64,000 nucleotides of DNA, taken from positions 4,825,834 through 4,889,833 of the forward strand of contig CBDFJQ010000002.1 of the NCBI GenBank assembly GCA_965248575.1. Direction: 5' to 3'. Under the pieces are notes generated by a model. That model was given only the letters and a program-made list of their open reading frames with translations. It had not been told where the DNA came from and made no database searches. The translations under genes were made by a program, and so were the position numbers. This DNA comes from Planctomycetota bacterium (GTDB lineage Bacteria; Planctomycetota; B15-G4). Below, piece by piece: positions 19,501 to 28,721 of the stretch; position 1 is the first letter of the stretch, and every line of letters begins with the position of its first letter.

Positions 19501-19708
19501 GCTCGATGACCGCGAGAGGATTGTCGCCTGTCCGGACGGCATGAGTGGCGCACAGCTTGCCGAGCGCCTCGAAGGCTGGCTCCCGCGCTGGGGGCTCGAA
19601 GAGCATGCGTCGGTTCGGGCACTGAGCGCTGGGGATCAGCCCTCGGAGACCCTGTGGATGGCGTCGCTCCTGGAGATGCTCGGCCAAGCCGGCCTGTCGG
19701 GACGCTAG
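16505..19708 (+). CDS. Membrane Ser/Thr protein kinase with TPRs and a C-terminal alpha/beta-hydrolase-like domain
   Basis: LGQGGMSVVY, VALK, HRDVKPSN, DMG, GTPYYVSPEQ; one TM; TPR helices; PLLVVLHAHG...RVFIAGEGHG; start moved to GTG 16505. Confidence 0.92.
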   Translation: MDNSEPSSSEEQTADVFERLLAECIDGWSSEGSAAVESVCAQHPGLASRLRDRLADLQRLGLLGEEQAPEAIGPYRILGPLGQGGMSVVYLAWDEQLGKRVALKASRTPLSSDDRSRARFRQEISAITSLDHKGIVPLLEVGEAEGRPYFTMEFVPGATLAQLVERLLASGQSPVDVSGATIATMVGELGRRVLGDKPLPQNDAVWPATWIEAVVRWMLEVAEALEHAHARQVIHRDVKPSNVLVSVEGCARLFDMGLARLGDAPGLTRSGDFTGTPYYVSPEQLGGHLKDVDQRTDIFSLGVTLYELLTFRRPFDGPSTAHVFRQIMDKDPAMPRRLEPRLPPDLETICLTALEKNPEARYQSMHDLAADLRRFLEFRPVRARPVGWFRRGVRFMRRSPARATAALLALFVVVGLPAGLVWANRAIADERDLAETSAAEATLQAELSARVTRFVVDLFELTPKDQERAESVTAREILDRGAAVIPTGFEDQPLHRAALMRASGRVYRNMGLFQRALPLLDRAYAIYQRERGVDELETISLLAELAEVHWRVGGREASLALCVRSLEGFERAGHGDHELAVRCRMTFAAVSSELGRPAEAERALQAALDLRSEVGDEDSLLVADLSEELGVLLASEGNLAEARRWLGRSLDIRRASWVPNPGAIAGVLEQLATVHRDLGDEQGAQDLGAQAGSLRSGVARQLAAVGEATTVRLPGQAPEGPFALRPIVQDAFDARFQEGVTALQSGDDAESVLAFTKCLELKPGHPVSAYNLACSHALAGRVELALDWIGKAVDAGFGFLSDGPRVLEKDPDLEPLRHERRWRDHLERMHRERAAAVGYAASPALYVPPALQGKASWPLLVVLHAHGSTKDSVVQGRWRRVADELGFALLAPSASLPVARSVEQGMQWFQEVDDFLEQPWSFEMPVIEGLRNFLDQGTVDLERVFIAGEGHGSLLAADLALTAPGLFRGLLVANGPIVPEVAWQRTLLASSLGLSVRVVLDDRERIVACPDGMSGAQLAERLEGWLPRWGLEEHASVRALSAGDQPSETLWMASLLEMLGQAGLSGR

Positions 19709-19719
19709 GCAGAACGACA

Positions 19720-19797
19720 GCCGGCCCGGCATGTCCTCGGGCAGGGGAGGGTGCCGAGCCGGCGTGTCGGATAGGCCTGGATCGGGATCAGGCCTGT
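19720..19797. terminator. Two tandem hairpins between convergent genes
   Basis: GCCGGCCCGGCA/TGCCGAGCCGGC (19720-19763) and AGGCCTG/CAGGCCT (19773-19795). Confidence 0.45.
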
Positions 19798-19817
19798 TCT
19801 CGGAGGCAAAGCAGGGC

Positions 19818-20927
19818 TCAGGGGCCGAGCAGTCCGAGGATCTCAGTCGCCGCCGTCGGCGTGCGGCTTTCGTCGGCGCCGATGTCGACACGACGGCCGA
19901 TCAGTCGGGGCTGTCCATCGATGTCCAACTGCTGGACACTGCTCGGCGCACCGGCTGCGTTGATCCCCGCGTCGATCATCGGTGAGTTCGGGCGCAGGTG
20001 GTAGCCGTCAGCGCGCAGCAGCGGCTTCACGCTCATGTTTCCAAGGCCGGTCAACACGCCGCCCTCAACGTTGCTGAAGCTCACGTTCGCGGTGCCCCAG
20101 GTCTGGATGCCCCCGGCACCGTTGCCCCACACGATGGAGTTGCGTAGGACCACGTTGCCGGCGTTGATGGCCGAGCCCCAGGTGGCGGCATTGCCGACCA
20201 CCGTGATGTTCTCGAGCACCAGGTTGGCGCCTCCGAAGTCCGTGATGGCCCCGCCGGTCACTGCAGCCCCGTTGCCGATGAAGGCGCTGTTGCGGATCAC
20301 CGTGGGCTGCTTGGGCTCTGCGGAGAAGCCCCATGTGAAGAATCCGCCACCGTCATCGTCGGTGTAGTTGCCTTGGAAGAGGCAGTTCTCGATGAGCGGG
20401 CTGGACGTGCCGCCCAGGGGCCCCGTGTCACCGCTGTAGACCGCGCCGCCCCAGCAACCGGACGAGTTGGCCACAAAGTGGCAGTTGCGAATGGTCGGGC
20501 TGCTCGAGCGGATGATGATGGCACCGCCGTTGAACTCATCGTTCACGGCTCCGGGAAAAGTGGCGCCGCCCGTGATGGTGAACCCGTCGAGAACTGCGCT
20601 GCGGCTCTCACCATTCTCGAAGACGAAGCCACGGTAGGGTTCGGTGGAGGTGCCCTGGGCGTCGATGGTGGTGGAGCTGGGACCGTTCTCGCTGCGCACG
20701 ATGAGCGCCTTGCCGAGGAAGTTCAGGTCTCGGTTTCCAGCTCCTGTGTAGACGCCATCGGCGACGAGCACGGTGTCGCCCGTCTGCGCGGCAATGATAG
20801 CGGATTGGATGGTGGGGAACTGGGCGGGGACCGACAACGTGTCGGCGGCCCAAGCGGTTGGGGATGCCAACATGGCCAGGCCGAACACGATGGCCTGGCG
20901 GAGGCGGAGCAGGGGTTTCTGATGCAC
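19818..20927 (-). CDS. Secreted right-handed beta-helix protein
   Basis: Signal peptide ending AWA; VPAQFPTIQSAI..GDTVLVADGVY, repeated GGA(I/V), SPMIDAG..DIDGQPR..VDIGADE; GTG start after a purine-rich SD. Confidence 0.88.
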   Translation of the reverse strand: MHQKPLLRLRQAIVFGLAMLASPTAWAADTLSVPAQFPTIQSAIIAAQTGDTVLVADGVYTGAGNRDLNFLGKALIVRSENGPSSTTIDAQGTSTEPYRGFVFENGESRSAVLDGFTITGGATFPGAVNDEFNGGAIIIRSSSPTIRNCHFVANSSGCWGGAVYSGDTGPLGGTSSPLIENCLFQGNYTDDDGGGFFTWGFSAEPKQPTVIRNSAFIGNGAAVTGGAITDFGGANLVLENITVVGNAATWGSAINAGNVVLRNSIVWGNGAGGIQTWGTANVSFSNVEGGVLTGLGNMSVKPLLRADGYHLRPNSPMIDAGINAAGAPSSVQQLDIDGQPRLIGRRVDIGADESRTPTAATEILGLLGP

Positions 20928-21228
20928 TGGATCTTCTCTCTCGGGTGATGGCGTTGGGGCTCTTGCGCCCCCAAGGCAAGAGCGCCGCACCGGGAGAAGT
21001 GTTACTGAGGGAATCCGCCCGGAGCCGCTTCAGACGGTCGGGACGGTCCCGCGCACGGGTTCCGTGCAACGGTTCTGCGCACCGGGCCCGCGAACGATCC
21101 GGGTCGTGGTGTGCCAGGCGGTCGCCGGTCGCTTATGCTGCCGGCTCGCGGGGCGATGTGCGCCTTGCTGTCGTTGTGCGCTTCTAGATGTCTCGGGCCC
21201 TGAGCTCGACCTTGCGCCCTGAACCTTC

Positions 21229-23058
21229 GTGTTTCAGGTGCTGGGAAGGGGATGCCCGTTGCCAGAGCCTGAGTTGCTCGAGCCCTTTCCAGGGCTCTTC
21301 GTCCTCCAGAGCGACTATGAGGACCGGGCGATCCCCAAGGCTGCCGGCCTGTCCTGGCACTCCGCGAGCCCCTGCCGCCGAGCTCCGGACTGCCCCCTTT
21401 GCGAGCACGAGCTGAACCGGGTGTGGTGGACCGAGGACGTGCTCAAGGCCCTCGAGCTGCTGGAGTATGGGGCGGAGGAGCTGCGGGAGCAGATTCTTGA
21501 ACGTTCTGGACCGGCCGGAGAGGAGCGGGTGAAGGAGGAACGGCGACTCGCCCGGGCCAACGCCCGCCGTGCGCGCGAGCGTCTGAAGCGCCTTCAAGCG
21601 AGCCGGGCCGAAGATGCAGACATCGACGTGCCCTGCCCCGAGGGTTCGTCCTATCTGCCGTACCAGCGGGCGGCCATCGCCTACGGCCTGGCGCGACCGC
21701 ATGCCCTCTTCGCCGACGAGATGGGGCTGGGCAAGACCATCGAAGCCTTGGGACTGGTCAACGCAGACCCCAAAGCCCAGCGCATTCTCATCGTTTGTCC
21801 GGCCAGCTTGAAGCTCAACTGGGCACGGGAGTGTGAACAGTGGCTCGTGGAGCGGGGGCCGGTGGGGGTTGCTGGCAGGACCTACCCGGAAGACGCCCAG
21901 GTCGTGATCATCAACTACGACATCCTCACCAAGTGGCGCAGCAAGTTGCGACGCACCTGGGACGTCCTGATCGTGGATGAGTGCCACTACGTCAAGAACA
22001 AGGAGGCGAAGAGGTCGAAGCGGCTCTATGCGCTCAAGGCGCGACGAAAGCTGTTCCTGACCGGGACGCCGATCCTGAATCGACCCATCGAACTCTGGGC
22101 CTTCGTGAGCGCATTGGACCCCGAGGAGTTCGACAGCTTCTGGCCCTTCGCGAAGCGCTACTGCAAGCCGTGCAAGAACCGCTACGGGTGGGATTTCAGT
22201 GGGGCCACGAGGCTCGATGAGCTGCATGAGCGCTTGCGCAGCACGATCATGGTACGTCGCACCAAGTCGCAGGTGCTGACCGACCTGCCACCCAAGCGTC
22301 GGCAGGTGATCGAGCTGTCCTCCGAACAGATGGCCGGGCTGATTGCCGTGGAGACCGAGGCTTGGGAGGAACACCGCAGCCGGCTCAACGAGCTGCGTGC
22401 CGTGGGCCGCAGTGAGGGCGAGCTGAGCGACGCACAGTTGCAGGAACTTCGCGCCGGTGTGAATCTTGCATTCGGGAAGTTGGCCGAACTGCGGCAAGCG
22501 ACGGCTCTGGCCAAGGTGCCGTTGGTCATCGAGCATGTACGCAACGTGCTGGAGGACTCCGGAAAAATCGTCGTGTTCGCCCACCACCGGGCGGTGATCG
22601 CCGAACTCGCGGAGCCCTTCGGCGACGCGGCCGTCACACTCACGGGGGATGACTCCGTGGTCGCGCGCCAGGCTTCCGTCGATCGCTTCCAGACGGATGA
22701 CAGCTGCAAGGTCTTCATCGGATCCATCACCGCTGCAGGCTTTGGGCTGACGCTGACGGCCTCCGCCCACGTCGTCTTCGCAGAGTTGGATTGGGTACCT
22801 GCCTACCTCACCCAGGCCGAGGACCGCACCCACCGCATCGGGCAGAAGGACAGCGTGCTCGTGCAGCACCTGGTGCTGCAGGACTCCCTGGATGCCCGCA
22901 TGGTGGGGACCTTGATCAAGAAGCAGCGTGTGATCGACAAGGTGGTGGACGGCAGCGCGCAGGCGGACCTGTTTGACGGCAGCTTCGCAGACGCCCTGCT
23001 CACGGCTGAGGAGGCCGCAACGCCCGAAGCGCCCCCGGATTCGCGAGCGGGAGGCTGA
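21229..23058 (+). CDS. SNF2-family (SMARCAL1/HARP-like) DEAH helicase
   Basis: ADEMGLGKT, IVCPASL, IVDECH, LTGTP, GFGLTLT, QAEDRTHRIGQ; start uncertain. Confidence 0.93.
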   Translation: MFQVLGRGCPLPEPELLEPFPGLFVLQSDYEDRAIPKAAGLSWHSASPCRRAPDCPLCEHELNRVWWTEDVLKALELLEYGAEELREQILERSGPAGEERVKEERRLARANARRARERLKRLQASRAEDADIDVPCPEGSSYLPYQRAAIAYGLARPHALFADEMGLGKTIEALGLVNADPKAQRILIVCPASLKLNWARECEQWLVERGPVGVAGRTYPEDAQVVIINYDILTKWRSKLRRTWDVLIVDECHYVKNKEAKRSKRLYALKARRKLFLTGTPILNRPIELWAFVSALDPEEFDSFWPFAKRYCKPCKNRYGWDFSGATRLDELHERLRSTIMVRRTKSQVLTDLPPKRRQVIELSSEQMAGLIAVETEAWEEHRSRLNELRAVGRSEGELSDAQLQELRAGVNLAFGKLAELRQATALAKVPLVIEHVRNVLEDSGKIVVFAHHRAVIAELAEPFGDAAVTLTGDDSVVARQASVDRFQTDDSCKVFIGSITAAGFGLTLTASAHVVFAELDWVPAYLTQAEDRTHRIGQKDSVLVQHLVLQDSLDARMVGTLIKKQRVIDKVVDGSAQADLFDGSFADALLTAEEAATPEAPPDSRAGG

Positions 23059-23156
23059 GTCTCGACGGGCGCCCCTTCGCGCCCTGTTCAGCTCGTGATC
23101 GGCGCGCTAGCGTGTGAGTGCGGCAAGAGAGTTGTTCCACCTCCGAGGGAGTGACC

Positions 23157-24416
23157 ATGAGGATCCATTGGATCGTTGCAGGTGTTGCTTGGGTCTGGCT
23201 TGGGGTGTGCGCGGAGGGTCATGCGCTGCTTCAGTCGGATGCCTTGCCCGTCCTGAAAGCCCGGAAGCCGGTGACGTCCACCATCGAGGATGGCGACCGC
23301 ACGGTGATCAGCGACCGCATCAAGCAGGCCTACACCGATGCCACCGTGATCGGGAAGCGCTTCCGCATCGAGTTCTCGAAGGCGGGGACGTACACCTTCG
23401 ACCTACGGAGTCCGTACTTCGACAGCTATCTGGTATTGAGGGATTCCACGGGTGAGCTCGTGGCCGAAGATGACGACGGCCTTGTCTCCGTGCACGCGCG
23501 CATCGTGGTCCAGTTGGAAGCGGGCAAGGCGTATCACCTGGATGCCTGCGCCCTGCATGGTCAGCGCGGCTCGTTTGACCTCAACATGACCAAGGGCGAG
23601 CCCGCACCTGGGCAGGGCATCGAATGGACGGACGAGGAGGTCGACCTCAGGTTAAAAATCGTCTTCTCGGAAGAGATGTGGAAGAAGGTCAAGGTGGTGA
23701 AGAGCAAGCACTACCTGATCTTCACGGACGGAAGTTCAGGGAAGAAGTTCGGCAAGATCCTCGACAAGGAGATCTACGGCGGCTTCAAGAAGCTCTTCCC
23801 TTTCGAGAAGCCGGACAACGTGCGGCTGATGCCGATCTATCTCTTCAACACGCGCGAAGGCTACATCGACTTCCTGATGCGGTACCTGGACATGGAGCAG
23901 GGCCAGGCAGAGCGCACTGGCGGCATCCAGTACCAGGACTTCTACTCCACCTCCTACAGCAGCCCGCGTGACCCCACGCACTTCCATGAGTGCGCGCACC
24001 AGATCATGTCGACCATCTTCCGCCTGAACGGCGGCGGTTCCTGGTATCAGGAGGGCATCGCCGAGTACTACGAGGACAAGATCAACAAGTTCAATCGTGA
24101 GGCGGAGACCCGCATGGCCATCCGGACGGATCAGTCCGTCTCGTGGAAGGACCTGCTCACTGCCGAGTCGATGCTGTTCAGCGCTGGCGAGAACAAGAAG
24201 GGTGGCGGCGGCGCCAGGGGCAACTACGGCCTGGCGGCCTCCGTGATCTTGTTCCTGAAGGAAGGAGCCCACAAGAAGCTCTTCGACGACTTCCTGCAGA
24301 AGATGGGCAAGGTCCCGCGCAGCGATCTCGACGCTATCGAGGCCGTTTTTCAGGAGGTCTATGGCAAGACGTCCTCGGAGCTGGAGCAGGAGTGGCTGGA
24401 GTTCTTTGCGGGCTGA
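23157..24416 (+). CDS. Secreted PPC-domain plus gluzincin metallopeptidase (DUF1570/peptidase MA-like)
   Basis: Signal peptide; FDSYLVL..AEDDDG (PPC-like); HECAH...WYQEGIAEY. Confidence 0.8.
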   Translation: MRIHWIVAGVAWVWLGVCAEGHALLQSDALPVLKARKPVTSTIEDGDRTVISDRIKQAYTDATVIGKRFRIEFSKAGTYTFDLRSPYFDSYLVLRDSTGELVAEDDDGLVSVHARIVVQLEAGKAYHLDACALHGQRGSFDLNMTKGEPAPGQGIEWTDEEVDLRLKIVFSEEMWKKVKVVKSKHYLIFTDGSSGKKFGKILDKEIYGGFKKLFPFEKPDNVRLMPIYLFNTREGYIDFLMRYLDMEQGQAERTGGIQYQDFYSTSYSSPRDPTHFHECAHQIMSTIFRLNGGGSWYQEGIAEYYEDKINKFNREAETRMAIRTDQSVSWKDLLTAESMLFSAGENKKGGGGARGNYGLAASVILFLKEGAHKKLFDDFLQKMGKVPRSDLDAIEAVFQEVYGKTSSELEQEWLEFFAG

Positions 24417-24475
24417 CAGCTCAATGTGCGGGAGCCGTGCAGATGCTGGGGTGAGCACCCGTTATGATCCGCGCC

Positions 24476-24913
24476 ATGTTTGATCCTGCCACGCACCTAC
24501 TCTGCACGCTGCTGACCCCTCTCGCCGACGGTTCGTCCACCGATTGGATTTCTGCGCGCGCTGCGCTCGAGGCGGCCGACGAGGCTGAGGGGGACCTGCT
24601 CGCTCTGCTCGAAACGCGCGACAGCGCCGGCTTGACCGCACTGCTTGAAGCCTGGGCTTCGGGTGAGGTGCTGCGCCCTGTTCACGACCGCGGCGTCCTC
24701 AAGCGGGCCGTGAAGGCGTTCCGCAAGCGGCTCAAGATCGCTCGGCTGGATCAGGAGTCGCGGATTGGCGGCGCCTTCAGCAAGGGGGAGCGCTCGGGCA
24801 TCGTGGGGGCGGAGCCGCCGGACTCCTATCCGCCCGATGTGTGGGCGGAGCTGGTGCGGGTCGGTCGCTTGCTCGAAGCAGGGAACCGGGCGCTTGAGCT
24901 GCCTCCGGAGTAG
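24476..24913 (+). CDS. Conserved hypothetical protein
   Basis: LKRAVKAFRKRLKIARLDQES...PPDSYPPDVWAELV resembles a small Planctomycete family (from memory); TATGAT-7nt-ATG leaderless-type start. Confidence 0.75.
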   Translation: MFDPATHLLCTLLTPLADGSSTDWISARAALEAADEAEGDLLALLETRDSAGLTALLEAWASGEVLRPVHDRGVLKRAVKAFRKRLKIARLDQESRIGGAFSKGERSGIVGAEPPDSYPPDVWAELVRVGRLLEAGNRALELPPE

Positions 24914-24949
24914 CGCGTCTCAACTTTCCCCGGGTGTCCGTAGCGGCTC

Positions 24950-26416
24950 TTGCTCTTCAACTCACTCGAATTCCCGCTGTTCTTCGTTGCCGTGGTGGTG
25001 CTGTGCGCGCTCGTGCCGCAGCGCGGGCGCTGGGGCCTGCTGCTCGTCGCCAGCTATCTGTTCTACGCCGCTTGGGAGCCCGGATACCTCGCGCTGATCG
25101 TCGCGTCGACCCTGGTGGACTATGCCGCGGGTCGTGCCATGGGCGCCCACGCCGAGCGGGCGGGGAGGCGACCCTGGCTGCTGGTGAGCTTGGCGGCGAA
25201 CCTCGGGCTGCTGTTCACCTTTAAGTACTACGACTTCTTCCGCTTGTCGCTCACAGGGCTCGCCGAGGCGTTTGATGTGTCGGTGCATCCACCGGCACTC
25301 GACCTCTTGCTCCCCGTGGGCATCAGCTTCTACACCTTCCAAACCCTCAGCTACTCGCTGGATGTCTACCGCGGCGACAGGGATCCGGAACGGCACCTCG
25401 GCTTCTTCGCCCTCTATGTCGCCTTCTTTCCGCAGCTGGTGGCGGGGCCCATCGAGCGCAGCACGCGCTTGCTGCCGCAGCTGCGCGGCGCCCTCGGCGG
25501 CCTGGATATGGAGCGCCTGCGCAGCGGGCTGCTGCTCATGCTCTGGGGGTTCTTCAAGAAGCTCGTCATCGCCGATCGTCTGGCGGTCTACGTCCAAGCG
25601 GTGTACGGCGACGCGGGTACGCATGCGGGCGCTCCGGTCGTGCTCGCCACCTACTTCTTCGCCTTCCAGATCTACTGCGACTTCTCGGGCTACTCCGACA
25701 TCGCCATTGGCGCCGCGCGCATCCTGGGCGTCGATCTCATGCAGAACTTCCGCCGACCCTACCTGGCGACCTCCGTGCGTGAGTTCTGGGGTCGATGGCA
25801 CATCTCCCTCAGCACCTGGTTCCGGGACTACCTCTACATCCCGCTCGGAGGGAATCGCCGCGGGCCGGGTCGGCGTGGGTTCAATGTGTTCCTGGTCTTC
25901 CTGCTCAGCGGTCTCTGGCACGGGGCCAGCTGGACGTTTCTCCTGTGGGGAGCGCTGCACGGTCTCTACATGCTGGTGGGCTCACTCTGGGAGGCGAAAC
26001 GTGCGCCGTCCGTCAGCCCGCCAAGTGGCCTTCGGCGCGTGATGGCAGGGCTGCTGACCTTCCATCTGGTGCTTGTCGCCTGGGTCATGTTTCGTGCCGA
26101 CGACCTGGCAACTGCGGGGCGCTTGTTGGTTTCCATGGCACCGGGCGCCGAGGGAATCCATGACGTGCTGGCACCACTGGCAGCCCTGGGGGCTCGTGCG
26201 ACCTATGAGTTCTGGTTGTGCATCGGTTCGGTGGTGGGCCTGCTCGTGTTTCAGCTCATCCAGGAACGACTGGAACGGCAAGATCGACAGGACCTGCTCA
26301 AGCGACTCCTCCAGGTGCCGCTCTGGATTCGCTGGCCCGTCGTGTACGCACTGCTGCTGGGCGTCCTGATGCTGGGCGAGTTCAAGCTGACCGAGTTCAT
26401 CTACTTCCAGTTCTAG
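24950..26416 (+). CDS. MBOAT family O-acyltransferase (AlgI/DltB-like)
   Basis: LPVGISFYTFQ, FFPQLVAGPI, QIYCDFSGYSD, FWGRWHISLSTW, SGLWHGA, C-terminal FIYFQF. Confidence 0.95.
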   Translation: MLFNSLEFPLFFVAVVVLCALVPQRGRWGLLLVASYLFYAAWEPGYLALIVASTLVDYAAGRAMGAHAERAGRRPWLLVSLAANLGLLFTFKYYDFFRLSLTGLAEAFDVSVHPPALDLLLPVGISFYTFQTLSYSLDVYRGDRDPERHLGFFALYVAFFPQLVAGPIERSTRLLPQLRGALGGLDMERLRSGLLLMLWGFFKKLVIADRLAVYVQAVYGDAGTHAGAPVVLATYFFAFQIYCDFSGYSDIAIGAARILGVDLMQNFRRPYLATSVREFWGRWHISLSTWFRDYLYIPLGGNRRGPGRRGFNVFLVFLLSGLWHGASWTFLLWGALHGLYMLVGSLWEAKRAPSVSPPSGLRRVMAGLLTFHLVLVAWVMFRADDLATAGRLLVSMAPGAEGIHDVLAPLAALGARATYEFWLCIGSVVGLLVFQLIQERLERQDRQDLLKRLLQVPLWIRWPVVYALLLGVLMLGEFKLTEFIYFQF

Positions 26417-26425
26417 TCGGAATCC

Positions 26426-27418
26426 ATGACTGCGCGCTTCCTCTTGGCTTCGATCGTGTTTCTCGCGGGGGCTTGTGCCCTGTGCCTCGCCCTCGATGGC
26501 GTGAGTACTCGGACGGCTGCCGTTTACGCCGTGGAGCGTGGGCGCATTGAACGCCTGCTGGATCGTGCGGAGGAGATCACGGATCTGGCGGCAGGGAACT
26601 CGCAAGGTCGATCCGTGGCCTTCGATGCCCTGGGGTTGGACGGCTTCCATCTCTGGAGGGCGGGGGCTGATCTGGCGGAGAACGAGTACCTGCTGCGGAC
26701 ATTCCTCCCGCGGCTTCCCTCGGTCCGGCGCGTCGTGTTCGTGCTGTCCCACTTTTCGTTCCAGCGCGACAACAGTCTCGAGCTGGAGGTCGACCGGCGT
26801 GCCATTCGTCGTCAACTCTATGCCGTGGCCCCCGGGGCTCAGTGGGTGCGTGGCGACTTTCTGGGCTGGGTCGGCGGTCGTATGGGAACTCTAGCGCGGC
26901 AAGACCACTGGTGGGAGGTGATGCAGGTCCTGGCAGGTGCACAGGATCCCGTGGACCCCCGGGCCGTGGCGGCCATCCACGACGACGGAATGCCTACGGC
27001 TGCGGTGAACCTACGCCGTCGGACGCCCGAAGAGCTGCAGCGCCACGCTCAGGAGAGCAGGGTCCCTCGCCAGTTGCGCATCAGTCGCGAGTCCCTGCAG
27101 TTGGCTCCCGAGACGCCCGACCGTTGTGAGCGATCGCTGCTGGCGATTGTTGAGCTCTGTCGCGAGGCGAGTGTGGAGTTGTTGTTCGTCTTGCCGCCGG
27201 TCAGCCGCGCGTACGCCGAAGCCTATGACCCTGCCGTGGTTCGTGACATGCGGAGACGGATGGACCGTCTCGTTTCTGAGCACGGCATCCGCTTCCACGA
27301 CTTCTACGAAGACGCAGAATTCGCAGACCGCGCCGAGTGGTTCATGGACTCAGACCACCTGAATCGGGACGGAGCGCGGGCCTTCTCGGAGCTGCGGCTC
27401 GCGCCCCTGCTGCGCTGA
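26426..27418 (+). CDS. SGNH/DltD-like partner of the MBOAT (periplasmic acyltransferase)
   Basis: N-terminal TM; AGNSQ and FMDSDHLN..GA motifs; 9 nt downstream of the MBOAT gene. Confidence 0.75.
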   Translation: MTARFLLASIVFLAGACALCLALDGVSTRTAAVYAVERGRIERLLDRAEEITDLAAGNSQGRSVAFDALGLDGFHLWRAGADLAENEYLLRTFLPRLPSVRRVVFVLSHFSFQRDNSLELEVDRRAIRRQLYAVAPGAQWVRGDFLGWVGGRMGTLARQDHWWEVMQVLAGAQDPVDPRAVAAIHDDGMPTAAVNLRRRTPEELQRHAQESRVPRQLRISRESLQLAPETPDRCERSLLAIVELCREASVELLFVLPPVSRAYAEAYDPAVVRDMRRRMDRLVSEHGIRFHDFYEDAEFADRAEWFMDSDHLNRDGARAFSELRLAPLLR

Positions 27419-27462
27419 CATCGGCGTTCACCCGTCCCGCGCCTTCCCCCAGGCCTCGGACC

Positions 27463-28659
27463 TCAGACGGGCTTCTGAGCGTCCCCGCGGCTCTTGCGGG
27501 GGAATCCGATGTGCCGGTCGCTGATCCGCCCTTCCTCCATGGTCGCCCGGATCATGGCGTCGAACTGCCGGTCGAAGCGGCGCAGGATCATGTAGCCGGG
27601 TCCCACGAGGTTGGGGCCGGACTCAGCCCGGATGCTCGCAGCCAGCGCGTAGTGGCCGGGGTGGGTTTCTGCCGTGTGCCACCAGTAGTTGGGGACGCGT
27701 AGCACGTCGCCGGGGGCCATCTCGAGGCGCACCCGGGGGACATTGAGGAAGGCGCTGAACCCCCGTTGGCGGAGGGCCTCGTCTGATTCGCGGACGTCGA
27801 TGTTGCTGCCTGCATAGTTGGTCTTGGACTTGACCCGGGGCTGCATCGCCGCTGTGTAGTAGGGGTGGGCGAGAGTCCAGGTCTTCACGCCCTTCGTCAA
27901 CACGAAGAAGTTGTCGGCGGGCTCCGCGTGCAGGAGGGTGAACGCTTTCTCCGGCTGCATGATCAGTTGGGCGCTGGTGACCTTGCCCACGTACAGCTTG
28001 GAGCGGAGCCAGTGGTGTTGGTTCGCCTCCCACCCGCTGAGCCGTTCCCAGTACGGAAGGTCGAGGTCGTTGCGCAGACGACCGTTGTCATGGTGCATCA
28101 CGTCCTCGGCGGCGGCGAAGCGCATGCCCCCACCGCGCCGGATGGAGGCGGCCACCTCCGAGAGCGTCCCCGTTCGGAAGTCGTAGTAGTGGTGGCCCTT
28201 GGAGGGCCGGCTCAGGTCTTCGGATGGACGGTCGAGGGCTTCATTGATGGGGACGGAGCATTCGCCCGCCAGGTCGTCCAGGGACTCCAGCGTCCAACTC
28301 ATGGCTGGCAGCTTTCGGGCACCGTCCTTGAGGACGAAGGGAATCCGCATGGACATCAGCAGGGCCATGTCTTCGGAATCCAGCTCTTCGTGGGCGAAGG
28401 TTGGAACCTCGAGGATGCTTGAAGAGGTGCGGGCTTCCCTGAGTCGACGGTTGATCCGTTCGCAGGACTTGTCGTACCCGCGCTTGAGAAAACCCTCTTC
28501 GTACTGTGCGTCGTGGGTCGGGGAGTAGACCATCACGCCCCGGTGTGCCAGCGCAATGTAGTAGACCCAGTATCGCAGCCGATCCAGAAACGGGATCCGC
28601 ACCGCTGTGCAGGCTTGGCGGAAGCTCTCTGCAGTTGCCTTGACCGATGAGTGGGACAT
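27463..28659 (-). CDS. JmjC/Cupin_8 Fe(II)-2OG hydroxylase (FIH/JMJD5-like)
   Basis: PFVLK..PAMSWT, TLLHAEPADNF..GVKTWTL (HxE plus Lys), PGDVLRVPNYWWH. Confidence 0.88.
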   Translation of the reverse strand: MSHSSVKATAESFRQACTAVRIPFLDRLRYWVYYIALAHRGVMVYSPTHDAQYEEGFLKRGYDKSCERINRRLREARTSSSILEVPTFAHEELDSEDMALLMSMRIPFVLKDGARKLPAMSWTLESLDDLAGECSVPINEALDRPSEDLSRPSKGHHYYDFRTGTLSEVAASIRRGGGMRFAAAEDVMHHDNGRLRNDLDLPYWERLSGWEANQHHWLRSKLYVGKVTSAQLIMQPEKAFTLLHAEPADNFFVLTKGVKTWTLAHPYYTAAMQPRVKSKTNYAGSNIDVRESDEALRQRGFSAFLNVPRVRLEMAPGDVLRVPNYWWHTAETHPGHYALAASIRAESGPNLVGPGYMILRRFDRQFDAMIRATMEEGRISDRHIGFPRKSRGDAQKPV

Positions 28660-28721
28660 GGTGGGTGTCCAGTGGCTTGGCGAAGGTGTCGAACGTCTGC
28701 TGCAGCTTCGGTGCTCGGTCC

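Noticed and set aside
21001-21130. Cobalamin-riboswitch-like words (AGGGAA...GACGGTCCCGC)
   Set aside because: The GGTG-xAA-TCC core and the downstream AGCCAG-AGACC element are not present, and the downstream gene is a helicase; only an Infernal scan could rescue it
21184-22869. Long antisense ORFs (also 16793-18691, 42178-43668, 51094-52752, 60320-61864)
   Set aside because: Shadow frames of well-supported genes, expected in high-GC DNA; no motifs
21229-23058. SNF2 helicase as part of an anti-phage system (DISARM/Zorya-type)
   Set aside because: No methylase, nuclease or other defence partners adjacent
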